Shown here: piece by piece, positions 34,895 to 48,660 of the stretch | Numbering within the stretch: the stretch's first letter is position 1 | How the letters are laid out: each line of letters begins with the position of its first letter | Origin: Octopus vulgaris | Lineage: Eukaryota | Assembly (NCBI GenBank): GCA_951406725.2 | Contig: OX597835.1 | Span: 1,612,001 to 1,676,000 of the forward strand | Direction of reading: 5' to 3' | DNA length: 64,000 nt | Notes under the pieces: model-generated | Told to the model about the DNA's origin: nothing | Databases searched by the model: none | Seen by the model: the letters and a program-made list of their open reading frames with translations, nothing else | Translations under genes and position numbers: made by a program

Positions 34895-35900
34895 ATATCT
34901 CTCAATTTATGTATATTTGGAAAGTACTGTTGATAGTAATTTACTAGGCCAAGGAAAGCTTGTAATGTCAGTAAATTCATTGGAGGGGGCATGTTCTTGA
35001 TTGTGCCTGCCCTCGATGGGTCAAGACGTCTTCTATTCTTATCTAAGATTTGACCTAGGTATTTGATTTTAGGCAAAAAATTCACATATTTCTTCACTGA
35101 GTGTGAAGCGATAATCTTTAACCTTTTAAAGACACACTTCATGTGTTTGATTCCATCACTCATCTTTGATTAACACATCGTCAAGGAAAGGAATAGCAAA
35201 TTGACTGTCTGCCAGCATCGCACCCATCACCTGTTGAAATATTGCAGGTGCTACCTTCAGTCCAAAAGGTAGTCTATTGTATTTGTGTAGACCTCTGTGC
35301 ATGTTGACCCTTAACAGCTTTGAGCATTTTCTATCTACTTTGATTTGTAGATATGCATTAGATAGATCGTTTTGAAAATATTTTTCCACTATTTAGCTCT
35401 GTAAAAATATCTTCTGGGGTCGGTCGTGGATAATAGTTCATTTTTAAACAGTTATTTAAACTGGTTGAAAAATTGGCACATAACCTAATTTTGCTATTTT
35501 TCTTTTTTATACAAACAGTTGAAGCGGCCCATTTCACGTAATCCACTTTTTCAATGATTCTGTTTTTTACCAATCTATCAAACTCATTGTCCACTTGCCT
35601 TATTGCTGCAAAAGACACATTCCTGTTAGGTTTGAACACAGGTGTAACATTATCATCGAATTCAAAACATGCTTCAGTCTTTGTGCATAAATCTAGTTTG
35701 TCTGAAAGCACTTGCGGAAACATTTAAAAAAATTTTCTCTTCAACTCTCCAGATGAATTATTTTATAGAGGACAACAATCTACATTTTTACAATAGAAAT
35801 TTATGGGAAGGTCTCATATATCGAATAATTCTAACCAATTGGTACCAAATTGTTTGCATTTTTAACGATGAAGACTTTCATCTTGAATGCTTTCCCTCAA
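34895..35900 (-). mobile_element. Gypsy-type LTR retrotransposon pol (RT) pseudogene
   Basis: KKNSKIRLCANF, DLSNAYLQI, RLPFGLKVAPAIFQ, FLDDVLI, KYLGQILD and FLGLVNYY across three frames. Confidence 0.85.
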
Positions 35901-36179
35901 ACTGTGACATTAGTTCACATTTCGCCTATGAAATGTAATTTGTTGCCCATCATGTTACGAGCAGATTTCACTGTTTTTATCAATATGTGTCTATATTTAT
36001 TATTGAAATATCACTTCCAGTATTCAATTAAAGTTTAATATGTATTCCATTTACTTTAATGTGTATGAATTTTATTTGAGAGTCAATTTTTTGTTTCTAC
36101 TGAGAACACTCTAGGATGAAGATTGCTTTACATTTTAAAACTGATGTAATACTTACATTGTTTAATTAAATGAAGTAGC

Positions 36180-36387
36180 ATGAAACGATTGTACTACACT
36201 ACCTTGGGTATCCTTGTTGCTTATTTTGATTATAATCATCCCATTTGATTTATATGGATAATACCATACCAAATTCTGGTGCCTTTAACTTAAGTACCAT
36301 ATTCATCTGAATCTAAATTTTGCTAATACCATACCGAATTCTGGTGCCTTTAACTTAAGTACCATATTCATCTGAATTTAAATTTTG

Positions 36388-36390
<3 letters not shown>
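36180..36390 (+). repeat. Dispersed repeat (inverted copy at ~5000-5140) with an internal ~64-bp tandem duplication
   Basis: gcatgaaacgattgtactacactacc...; ataccatacc(a/g)aattctggtgcctttaacttaagtaccatattcatctg occurs twice. Confidence 0.7.
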
Positions 36391-36429
<39 letters not shown>

Positions 36430-37424
36430 GTACATACATACATATCTGGGATTTTTTGTTGGTAGCCCTAGCTCTTACATACACATTATGTATGTAAGAG
36501 TTATATATATATATATCCTATATATGTATTCTTTGTTACTCAAAAAAATTTTGCTAATTTTCTCACGAATCATCATCATCATCATCATCATGAATATTTT
36601 TCATAAATATAAACCCTGTCTGTTGTTGTGAACATGAATAGTGCTGTATGCAAATATTATGCGATGGAGCTCCTTGTTATAAACACTGTTGTTTTTATCC
36701 TGTCTGTGTTTTTGAATCTCTTGTTCTGCTCTGACCTGTTGTACTTAATCTTCTTAATAAGATAAATTAAAAACCTGCTGATCATTAAAAATGCAAATGG
36801 GATACAAAAAACCAAATCAAAGACTTACATATTAATAATGAATAATAAGAAATGTGTGTGTGTGTGTGTGTGTGTGTGTGAGTGCACATGTGTGTGTGCA
36901 TCTACATTGCATGCATCTGTCCTCGCTATTCTCCTCTATGGAACAGAAACATGACTCCTCACGAAAACCCTGGCAACACAGGACTGAAGGCCATTATTGC
37001 AGAGTCCTGAGAACCATTGAGAACAGCAGATGATACCATCACACTTCCAACAAATAACTGCATTCATGCATGCACCAGCCTGGTATGGACATGTCCCCTG
37101 CCTCCTGCCAGATCATCCTACATGTGCTTGGGGGTACAAGCATAGACACACAAACACACACACGCACACACACACAAATATACACATATATATGACAGTC
37201 TTCTTTCGACAAACATATATATATGTATACATACATATATATATAGACATTTACATACACATATATACATATATATAAATATACATACATTTATATACAT
37301 AAATATACAAATACATATATATATATACACACACACATATTTTTATACTCACATAAAAATACATACATAAATATATATATATACATAAATATATGTATAT
37401 ATATAAATATATATATACATAAAT

Positions 37425-37516
<92 letters not shown>

Positions 37517-37605
37517 CAAAATTAGAAAATGGAGAAACATACTTAAATCAATCAAACATCAACCAACAGATGATACCCATCTTCAACCCCTATCTCATTT
37601 TATAA

Positions 37606-37663
<58 letters not shown>

Positions 37664-38255
37664 TAATAATAATAGTAGAGAATATAATTTCAAAACTTAC
37701 AGGGAAAAATTCAATTTAATAATTTTAAATCAAATTTCACAATGTATAATTTAGAGAAAACCCACTATTAAACAATACAATAAGGAAAGAAGTTATTCAC
37801 ACCATATAGAAAACATATACTATAAAAAAAACAACTTATTTTAAATCAATAAAGTACAATAAATAGTAAAAATAGTAATTTACTATTTACTATTTATTGT
37901 ATTTTATTGATTTAAAATATGTTTTTTTATAGCATGTTTTTTTATATGGTGTGAATAACATCTTTCTTTATTGTATTGTTTAATAGTGGGTTTTCTCTAA
38001 ATTATCATCATCATCATCATCATCATCATTGTTTAACATCCGTTTTCCATGCTAGCATGGGTTGGACGGTTCAACTGGGGTCTGGGAAGCCAGAAGGCTG
38101 CGCCAGGCCCAGTCTGATCTGGCAGTGTTTCTACAGCTGGATGCCCTTCCTAATGCCAACCACTCTGAGAGTGAAGTGGGTGCTTTTTACATGCCACCTA
38201 AAAAGCACCCACTACACTCTCAGAGTGGTTGGCATTAGGAAGGACATATATATAC

Positions 38256-38307
<52 letters not shown>

Positions 38308-38436
38308 ACACACATATATATATACATATCTATATACATGCACACACGCACACACACACATAAATACACACATACATACATACATACATATACAAACATG
38401 TATATAAATATATATTGAAAGTAATAGAAATGAAAC

Positions 38437-39945
38437 TAATCCGAAAGTATTAATAGAGATGTTGTTGTTTCACTTTTGACGAACAGTGTAAGAGATAAGA
38501 GATTGCTCTGGGCTCGCATTAGGCAAGAAATTGAACATTTTTGGGGCCTGTGACACTGCATGGACCCTAAGTAAGGAATGTGTAACATTTGAATGAAATC
38601 CATTGGGTAGTTCTCGAGTTTTAGTGATGCACACATACAGACAGACAGACATTCTCACTTTTATATATAGTAGCAGACGTACCCAGGACTGTTTATCAAG
38701 TACGCCTGTTTGGTTATTGGACCATTCACGGATACACCTCTGAACTGAATGAAAGAAATCATAATGGCAGATGCTCCCTGCATTGTTTGACTTATTTAGC
38801 GCAATAGTGAACATGCTGAGTCATATATCCACGCCATTGTCACTGTTTTCCATTGGGACAGTTGGTCAATCTGTAAAAAACCGGCAGTCGTTGAGTTTAT
38901 TTTCCTTACCACATAACTGCTGACATGGACTGTTTAGCAGTTGGAAAGGTTGAGCCTAAACATATGACATTATGAGAAATAGTATGTTTACCTGCTGGGT
39001 TGCACATACAACATTATCTGAACCAAAAATTTGATGTGTGGCCTGTGCAAAAAAGATGAAAAGTGTAGTATCTGTTGCCTACCTCACAATTGGGGCCACT
39101 TAATGGAGAGCATCCTGTGAAGATTATGCTAATGGAATAAATAAGATGGTAAGGGTATGGTTACGTGATGTTTTCTTGTTTGCCACACAGAGCAACATCT
39201 TTCCCCTGTAGTCTGCAGCATCTCTTGTAAGCCGATTTGCACATTGGGCTGCAGTCTCTGCAGCTCGTGCAACAGCAGTTGAGGAAGCATTTCTCGTTTG
39301 GCGTGCTGAATGTTGCTCATTGCTCTGTGCAGCTTGTTGCGCAGGGATACGTGCAACCTGATCCCAACATTGCTCTTCACTTTCCGTTCTTCGTGCTGAA
39401 GCCATCCTAAGTGCATTGAGAGAGTTCCTCCTGGCAACATCCTCGGCAGATTCATTTGCATGCATACATATACTTTTCTTTGCAGCATTTGTTTGCCAAC
39501 CTATATTGGATCTTTTGCATCGAGGCATTGTGGAAAATTATCAGTTCACACAATAGAAAAATCGGTGAATGTGTAGCACCCCAAAACTAGTAAAATGTAG
39601 TTGGCAAAAATGTTAATCAAACAGACCGAATTAAGGATTTTAAATTTTGATGTGGCTAGTTTAAGTTGGAATAATTGTATAAAAAAGAGTGCTCATGTGA
39701 AAACAGAGGCAAATCATAACTCGCACTTGAATACTGCTGGCAGCTCAGGCCAAATCTTAGGCGAATTGAGAGTAGTCTATTTATGTTGGGGTTGTGGAAT
39801 TTCAAGGAAAAATTATAAGAAAAAGCGTCCTAAGTCAAAGAGAGCACACATGTCAAATTTGGTGAAATTTGGTTGAAAATTGTAGGAGTAGAAGTGGTTC
39901 ACACAAGACACAGACAGACAAGTTGCCTTTAATATATAAGATAGA
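38437..39945 (-). mobile_element. Helitron-like elements in tandem, with a Rep N-terminal-like remnant
   Basis: 5' a|TCTATCTTATATATTAAAGG...gtctgtctg at 39945; Ala/Arg/Glu-rich ORF 39124-39528; gggtacgtctgcta end near 38672 followed by a second TATATAAAAG...tgtctgtctg start. Confidence 0.5.
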
Positions 39946-40385
39946 TCTGTATAGTATGTAGGTTAACTGTAAGATTAGGAATGTAGTCTATAGTATATGA
40001 TGTAGCGAGGGACAGAGCAGATCCAGGACAACAACATACAATAAGGAGACAGCATGTGGCATAGGGGAGTGGATAGGTGAACACTGGGAGGAACTCAAGG
40101 AGGAAAAAAGCCCATCAGTGCTCTACCAACATGCTCAATTAGAACATAAAGGCTTGGTGAATAACATAAATGTTAAGATATTATTAACGCATAGAACAGA
40201 CATGACACTTAGATTACAGAGGTCACACACATAGTAATAGACAGACTGAGCCTCAACAGAAAACATGCTAACGAAAGACAGAATGAGAGAATGAAAAAGA
40301 ATAGACACAATTACAAACAGTGTAATATGTAAGCCCATATACATACACACAAGACACTCATACATGTACTTAAGATGGAATGAGA

Positions 40386-41200
40386 ATATCATCATCATCA
40401 TTGTTCGACCGTGGTCAAGACAATGGAATTTACTATGCTACGCCAGACTTCACGGTCCATCATAGCATTATGGAGGTCCTGTTGCTGGATGCCTATCTCC
40501 CTGGAGATTACATCAGGGTAGGAGAGTGTGTTCCCTCTGGTATCGCAAGTAGATGGTTTCCAGAGGAGAAGAGTAGAAATTACTTCTTTTTCAGCTCTAC
40601 AACAATGTCCAGCAAACTGGACTCTCCTACCTTTCACAAGAGATGACACAGGTGGTAGTTTCCCATATATTTGCATTTTGGTTGGATGGCGCTTCCACGA
40701 GAGATTTTGAGCTCTCATAAGGAGGCGAGTGTAGGTTCCAACCAACCGCCTCTCAAGCTTCTTTGATAACGTCCAGGTTTCTGAGCCATACAGTAGAATT
40801 GGTTTGACTGTGGCTTTGAAGATTTTAAGTTTGAAATCTCTACTTAGATTTGATGACCAGATCTTATGCATGTCATTACAGGCTAACCAGGCCATACCCT
40901 TTCTAGTTAGAAAATCTTTTCCAGATGATGATATGTATGATCCAAGATATTTGTAATCAGAAACCATATTTAAGGGTGTATTGTTGAGAGTATGGATGAT
41001 GCAATCACTGTTGGACAGGCACTTGTTTATATATTCAGTGTTGGCCTCATTGAGGTAAAGACCTACACAATTTGAAGCTTGTTCGAGAGATTGTAAAAGA
41101 GACTGGGCATTGGAGAGAGAGAGCAATGTCATCAGTGAAGTCAGTGTCTGTTAAGTATTCAGCTGGGTGTCTGGAACTTCTTCTAGGTTTTATTTCAAAG
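40386..41200 (-). mobile_element. RTE-group LINE, 5'-truncated, RT C-terminal half
   Basis: DFTDDIAL, YKYLGSYI, LLYGSETW, FAGHCCR (ORF 40398-41132); (GAT)n tail. Confidence 0.85.
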
Positions 41201-41294
41201 CCCTTGAAATAAAACCTAGAAGAAGTTCCAGACACCCTGCTGAATACTTAACAGGAATGAGAAAAAATAAAGAAATAAATAAGAAAATACATTA

Positions 41295-41588
41295 TTTATA
41301 TTATTTACGTTTGACGGATATTTGTCCTCATCTTGTCTGTTGTTACAACTTTTCGGTTGATACACCCTCTAGCCTTCATCAGGTGTCTTGGGGAAATTTC
41401 AAACTTGGGTTCTCATTCCTAAGGTTTTTGTTGTTGTTGTTCTTCTTCTCCTCCTCCTTTTCTTCTTCTTCTTCTTCTTCTTCTTCTTCTTCTTCTTCTT
41501 CTTCTTCTTCTTCTTCTTCTTCTTCAGGTCACTGCCTGGAATCAAACTACGAATCTTGGGGTTAGTAGCCATGCTCTTAACCACTTGT
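41295..41588 (-). mobile_element. tRNA-derived SINE family D with internal (GAA)n and a hammerhead-like tail
   Basis: AGTGGTTAAGAGC...GTTTGATTCC head at 41585-41527; CTGATGA...GAAA at 41382-41351. Confidence 0.55.
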
Positions 41589-41980
41589 CTATCCCCAGTT
41601 TCCGCATTGACCATCGGATAAGGGATTGGGGGACACTGTCACAGGCTTTCTCCAAGTCAACAAAGATCAAGTACAGAGATTTATCTTTGGCTATGTATTC
41701 CTCCTGCAGCTGCCTTACCAGAAATATAGCATCAGTGGTGCTTCTCCCTGGCACAAAACCAAACTGCATCTCATCTAGTCTAGCTCTCTCCCTGGTTAAT
41801 TGGGTTGTGACTCTCTCCATAACCTTCATCACCTGATCCAACAATTTGATACCTCTGTAATTATTTCTAAGGCATCACCTTTACCTTTTTAGCAGTTGAC
41901 TATGGTGCTGCTACACTTCTTCGTGAATGACCTTATTTACAATATGGGTGACTAGACCATAACCCACACGACCAGATATT
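41589..41980 (-). mobile_element. RTE LINE RT fragment
   Basis: LDEMQFGFVPGRSTTDAIFLVRQLQEEY...FVDLEKACDSVP. Confidence 0.85.
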
Positions 41981-42768
41981 TTAATAAATGGGATGGTAGA
42001 ATGCATGAGTAAGGAGTAAGGACTTCTCATGAATGCAAAGAGCTGGGGTGAAGGTGGTGCATTGACTGGTAAAACTGGGTATATAAAAGAGATGGGGAAC
42101 AACAGAATCGCACTGATGCAGTGGAAGTGAGATAAGCATAGGCATAGTGCATGAAAAGAGGGAATGTGAGGAAACGATGCAGTTTGGTTTGTTGGGGTTG
42201 GGAGTTTTATTGTTACACGTGGATGGACTACATCTCTCTCTCTTACACTCTCACTCTCTTATTCTTGATTACTTTTTCTTTTCCTCTTGCTCTCACCCTC
42301 TGAATGGGGAATTATATATCCCCTCTACAGCGAGATACCTGTTTCTGTCTCTCTGTCACCCTCTAATCTATCATCACTTGGTACAGGGCCACCTCCTCCA
42401 CCTGAAAGGTTCTTTGTCTTGTGAGTTACTTGGTGACCCTGCCAATGCTGGTGCCACGTAAGAAGCACACTATAAGCTGGTTGGGATTTGGGTCCACACT
42501 ATAAGCTGGTTGGGATTTGGAAGGGCATTCAGCTTTATAAATCATGCCAAGACAGACCTTGCTGGTGCTGGTACCTTGTAAAAAGCATTGTCCACTCTGT
42601 AAGCTTGTTGGTGTTAGGAAGGGCATCCAGCCGTAAAAACCAACCCAAAACGGAGAGTGAAGTTTGGGGTAATCTTCTGGCTTGCCAGCTCCTGTCAAAC
42701 CAACCAACCCATGCCAGGATGGAAAACAGACGTTAAATGATTATGATGTGTGTGTGTCTCTATATATA

Positions 42769-42844
<76 letters not shown>

Positions 42845-42952
42845 TGTATGTATGCACGTACATGTTAATGCTTTCATATATATATCTGTGTGCAATGACT
42901 GATAATTAGTACACACACACACGGTTCCTCGACATGTAATACATGAAATATT

Positions 42953-43041
<89 letters not shown>

Positions 43042-43152
43042 ATACATACATACGTATATATATATATATATATACACACACATATACAAAATGTAAACAT
43101 TTATATTTATATATGTATGTTATATATGTATGTATTACACACACACACATAT

Positions 43153-43219
<67 letters not shown>

Positions 43220-44656
43220 CATATACATATATACATGCAAAATGTAAACATGTATGTATATGTGTGTATGTATGTGTGTGTATATGTGTGTATGTATGTG
43301 TATGTGTTGCATACGTCGAGGAACGATGGTGTCTAAGGAAGCTCACGTGTTCCTGCAAGAGTTGCCGGCCCTGATTAACCCCACACGCTTCAAGGTCGGA
43401 GCTATGGCTGGCAAAGAGGTAAGTTCTACGAGCAACTCTTTTCACCACAATCTAATGCACTCACACGGGCTTTCCGCTCTCCTTACGCTCATGGATCTTG
43501 ATAGCTGGTCATTCCTTATTCTCACTTACACCCTTTGTTCACATTATCGAATCAGCCGTAGACTTTTAATTATTATTTTGTCCGAGTATAACAGAAATGA
43601 ACAACAAAAACAAATCGGTTCTTCGTGTTTTCGTCTGTGCGAGAGAGAGAGAGTTCGTTCGTTGGGAGACGATGCTGTGAGGATGATGTATAATAGACCC
43701 ACACATAGGCTTATAGATATATATACATCCGTTTGAACACGGATAATACTTTGATCAAACCTTTTCAATGCCAATCCAAACACTGAAACATACATCGATG
43801 TTTCGAACACAGATTCGTATCATACCACACACACACACACACACACACACATATAAACTTGGTCATACTCATGTATATGTATTATACACTCACACAATGT
43901 GTGTGTGTGTGTAGTTAAAGTAAGTGGATCTTCGTTGGTCGTCTTAGTCGATAGCTCAAGTAAATTGCCTACTCTGTGCGTCTGTAAGTGGCCGAGTATT
44001 CCTCAGACACGTGTATATTAATGTAATTCTAAAGTAGAACTAGCGTCTAGGTATGTCCCGAGAGCTTAAGAGGTTCACTTGACAATCATAAGGTCTTGGC
44101 TTCGTTACCATTCTGTGACATATTGGGCGAGTGTCTCAATAACATAACCTCGGGGGGTCACGATTTGGAAGTGAAAATGGGTTACGGAAACTATGTCGAA
44201 GCTCGTCGGAGAAGGAACTGAAATTAAAAGCAGTCAGACTTGTTACACCCCAATGAGGAGCGTTTGTTTTGCTTCAGAAATTATAGTACGGATATAATCG
44301 TTTGCGGAATACTCAACCGTTTGTAATGAGGAGGCAGTTCAGTTGATCAAATAACTGGAACTTCCATCTTAGAAACCAACGGAGAACCATTTACAATGTA
44401 TACATACTATACACACACACACACATATACACATATATGTATGTATATACACATATATGTAGAAATTGCACACAGTAAGAATCGTGTAATTCTTGTAACA
44501 ATTATGTCGTGTGATGATTGGTATATCCATCTATCTATCTATCTGTCTGTCTGTCTCTAGATGTATATATATCAAACTTTATCTGTTCATCTATTTACAT
44601 ACATCTACCTAAATTTCTTTTATATTTTAGATCATACAAAAATACACACACATACA

Positions 44657-44702
<46 letters not shown>

Positions 44703-45041
44703 CATACATACATACATACATACACGTATGTATGTATATATCACACACAGACATATAGATAGATAGATAGATAATGTCTCCCAAATCTGACTACGAAATA
44801 AAACAAAGAGAAAAATAAAGAATACTGGAAACATTATGTGATTGAGATTTCGATTCCAAGCAAGATTGACAATGTTTTCACTCCGTTCCCATAATGTTGT
44901 TGGTGCTTCATGCAATAATGGTAATAATCAGAGAAAACTCTACGAACGAGGAGCCAGAAAATACTACAAGCCCCACTTTCGATCCTGTTTGTAAATTTGG
45001 GTGTTAAATTGTTTGTTTGTGGCTGCGTGTGTGCTTGTTAC

Positions 45042-45203
45042 CATATTTGTAAATCTGGGTCTTGTGTTTCTTGTGTAACCGCCTGGTTTTAACAACATCA
45101 AAGACTCTTGAATAACCAGCATCGTCACCGACACCACAAGGAACTGACGCTTTTATGGCCGTCTTATCGTTTGATACCCAGGCAGGGATTCTACCATATC
45201 GCT
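45042..45203 (-). other. Candidate internal exon of an unidentified transcript (ERYGRIPAWVSND...HKTQIYKY)
   Basis: cccag|...tatg|gtaaca; 162 nt, one open frame, phase 1-1; unique sequence between microsatellites; no homolog recognised. Confidence 0.35.
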
Positions 45204-45237
45204 CTGGGTTTATATACGGGTGTTTATATATATATAC

Positions 45238-45272
<35 letters not shown>

Positions 45273-45586
45273 CACACACACACGTACATGAGTATGATGA
45301 TACGTGTATGTTTCATACGCATCTATGTATATATACATATGTATGTATGTGTGTGTGTGTATATATACACACACATATACTCGTACACGTGTGTATGACC
45401 CGTATAAGATATGTTTAAAGATATACGATCGTCACAATATATATTTCCTTTAAGGAACTATTATACACACAGGAAAAAAACACACAGACACACACACGTA
45501 CAAGAAGCATCACTCTACTTCTACCTACACACATACTACCCAAAATATGGTCGAACATCATAACCCCTCATTCATTATATCCATCC

Positions 45587-45640
<54 letters not shown>

Positions 45641-46186
45641 ATATATATATATATGGATATATGGATATATATATAGATATATATAATGTGTACGTGCATG
45701 CGGATGCGCACACATGTATTACATACATTTTAGACGTAACACCATTTCATAATATGGAAAGCCATCAACATCACTACCGCCTCTTTAAAAAAAGTGAAAA
45801 AATAATAATTCCTCCATATAAATACAAACTGAGACGTTGAAGCTTATTTGGAAGTAATTTTTGATATGTTATTGATGCCTTCATTACTTTTATTTATTAT
45901 TATTTTTTCTGTATTTATGGGGCAGGCTGGTGTGGTAGCAGGTGTTATTTTTGTTATTGTTGCTCGTTGTTTTTAATGGTATCACCAGTGTTGTTCCATA
46001 CATATGTATCTATACATAATGCATTCACACATGTTATGTGGTGTGGATGTATGTAGGCCGAGACGCCATATACGCACACACACGCGCACACACACATATA
46101 TATATATACACACTCACGCATATATATATATACTATATATATATAACACACTCACGCACACACATATTTATACTATATATATATAT

Positions 46187-46278
<92 letters not shown>

Positions 46279-47980
46279 TATATATATATGGATATATATA
46301 TATATATATATATATATTACACACATCGTTTTGAAGTTTCAATCCCCTGTCGAAGGCATTCAACTCTGGGGGTAAAGTGTGAACATCACTACATCCATTT
46401 CCCCCAATTCTCGCGCCCAGTCAGTAAAATTCTATCGTGTAGAAAGCTCTGTCAACGCTCTTCTGGCATACCCGTGATGAAGGTGTTCCAGCCGTGACCA
46501 TCCCATCTCTTCTAGAACTACATAATTTTTTTTTTCGTTGGGAGGGGAGGGGTTAATTGGAGGGAGATTTTAGCTGTTGTGTCTAGCAGAGCGGGCGTCG
46601 GCGTAGAGTCTCTCTCTCGTTGCTAATATTATTGCTGGAGATTCTGTTGTCGATGCTATTTTTGTCGTTGTTGTTGTTGTTGTTGTTCTTATTGGTTTTT
46701 GTAGGATGTTCAGAAAATAATGGAGAAAAATATTTTCATTCATCCTCCTCCTCCTCCCTCTCCTCATCATCATTACGTTGATAGTGATGATGGTGATGGC
46801 GATCATCACCATCATCATCATCGTAATAATCATTTACACGTCATATTTACCCGTTTCGAGTAATACACATTTGCACATAGAAACAACATGAACAACTTAA
46901 ATCATGCCTCGAACAACATCAGGAGAGGAAGAAGAAGAGGAAGGAGGAGGAGGAGAGACGGAGACAAATTAAATTTGTTGATATGCAAAGCGACAAAGAA
47001 GCATTCACACACACATATACACCCGTACACTTCTTTGTGGTTTTTCTAGAAGGATATTTCATATCACAACGTACAGTGTGTTCATGTCTGTGCACAACAC
47101 ACACACATTCACACACACACACACACACACAGACACACACACGTTATTAAACAATTATAAACAATAGATTGAAAAGACTAAACCCAGCAATGTTTTTATC
47201 ATGTTTTATATATTACAACATTTCAAGAAGAAAAAAACAAACAAACCCAATAACTATTGGTGTTTTAGAAGGCAAAGTGGGAGGTTGTGATGTTTATGCC
47301 ATTCCTAATGGCACCACCAGTAAAGGAAGCGAAATGACTGGTGCTTAGAATCGAAACCTGCGTTTCGGTGTTGTTTTACAGGGAGCCTCCTTTGTCACAT
47401 GTCACCATTCGTATACAAACATTAGCTTTCTTCTCCATTGCTCTCTTTTCTCTTCGTTGATTTTTCTCACCGTTTATTCTAGTTTCTCAATCAAGACAAA
47501 CACCCTCTTGTTGAACTATATAATAAGTGGTCGAATATTCCACAGACACACATATACCCCCCCCCCAACGTAATACCCAGGCAGAATAAGGAATGGTTCT
47601 GTGGTTAAGAATCCTGCTTCCCAACTATGAGGTTTCGTGTTCAGTCCCACTGTTTGACAACACCTTGGGCAAGTATCTTCTACTACAGCTCCGTGTCGAC
47701 CAAATCCTTGTTAGTCAGTTTGGTAGACGAAAACCGAAAGAATGCTGTTGTGTACATGTGTATACTTATGTAACTGTTAAGAGTTAGAAAAGCGTCTGGA
47801 AATACGATTTGGGGGCAGCACTGGCAGATATGGTATTTTTACACGTTTTACCATAAGGGAGCATCTCTTCTCCACAGTGATTGCAGTGAATTTGCCTTGA
47901 GAAGTTGAAATATGTCACAAACATATTTTAGCTCACCTTGAGTTTGCTTATGCTTAAAACACTGCTTGGTGATGGCACTG

Positions 47981-47984
<4 letters not shown>

Positions 47985-48042
<58 letters not shown>

Positions 48043-48470
48043 ATATATGTATGTATGTATGTATGTATATATATGTATGTATGTATGTATGTATATATAT
48101 GTATGTATGTATATATATGTATGTATGTATGTATATATATGTATGTATGTATGTATGTATATATATGTATGTATGTATATATATGTATGTATGTATGTAT
48201 ATATATGTATGTATGTATATATATGTATGTATGTATGTATATATATGTATGTATGTATGTATATATATGTATGTATGTATGTATGTATATATATGTATGT
48301 ATGTATGTATATATGTATGTATGTATGTATATATATGTATGTATGTATATATATGTATGTATGTATGTATATATATATGTATGTATGTATATATGTATGT
48401 ATGTATGTATATATATATATGTATGTATGTATATATATATATATATATATGTATGTATAATATATGTATG

Positions 48471-48525
<55 letters not shown>

Positions 48526-48568
48526 ATATATATATATGTATGTATGTATATATATATATATGTGTATG

Positions 48569-48611
<43 letters not shown>

Positions 48612-48660
48612 ATATATATATATATGTATGTATGTATATATATATATATGTGTGTGTGTG
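47985..48660. repeat. Compound (TATG)n/(TA)n microsatellite, ~680 bp
   Basis: Direct reading. Other long (TA)n tracts at ~16500, 36390, 37440, 42960, 43160 and 46190. Confidence 0.95.

Noticed and set aside
41388-41621. Poly-Lys, poly-Phe and poly-Ser ORFs
   Set aside because: (TTC)n microsatellite
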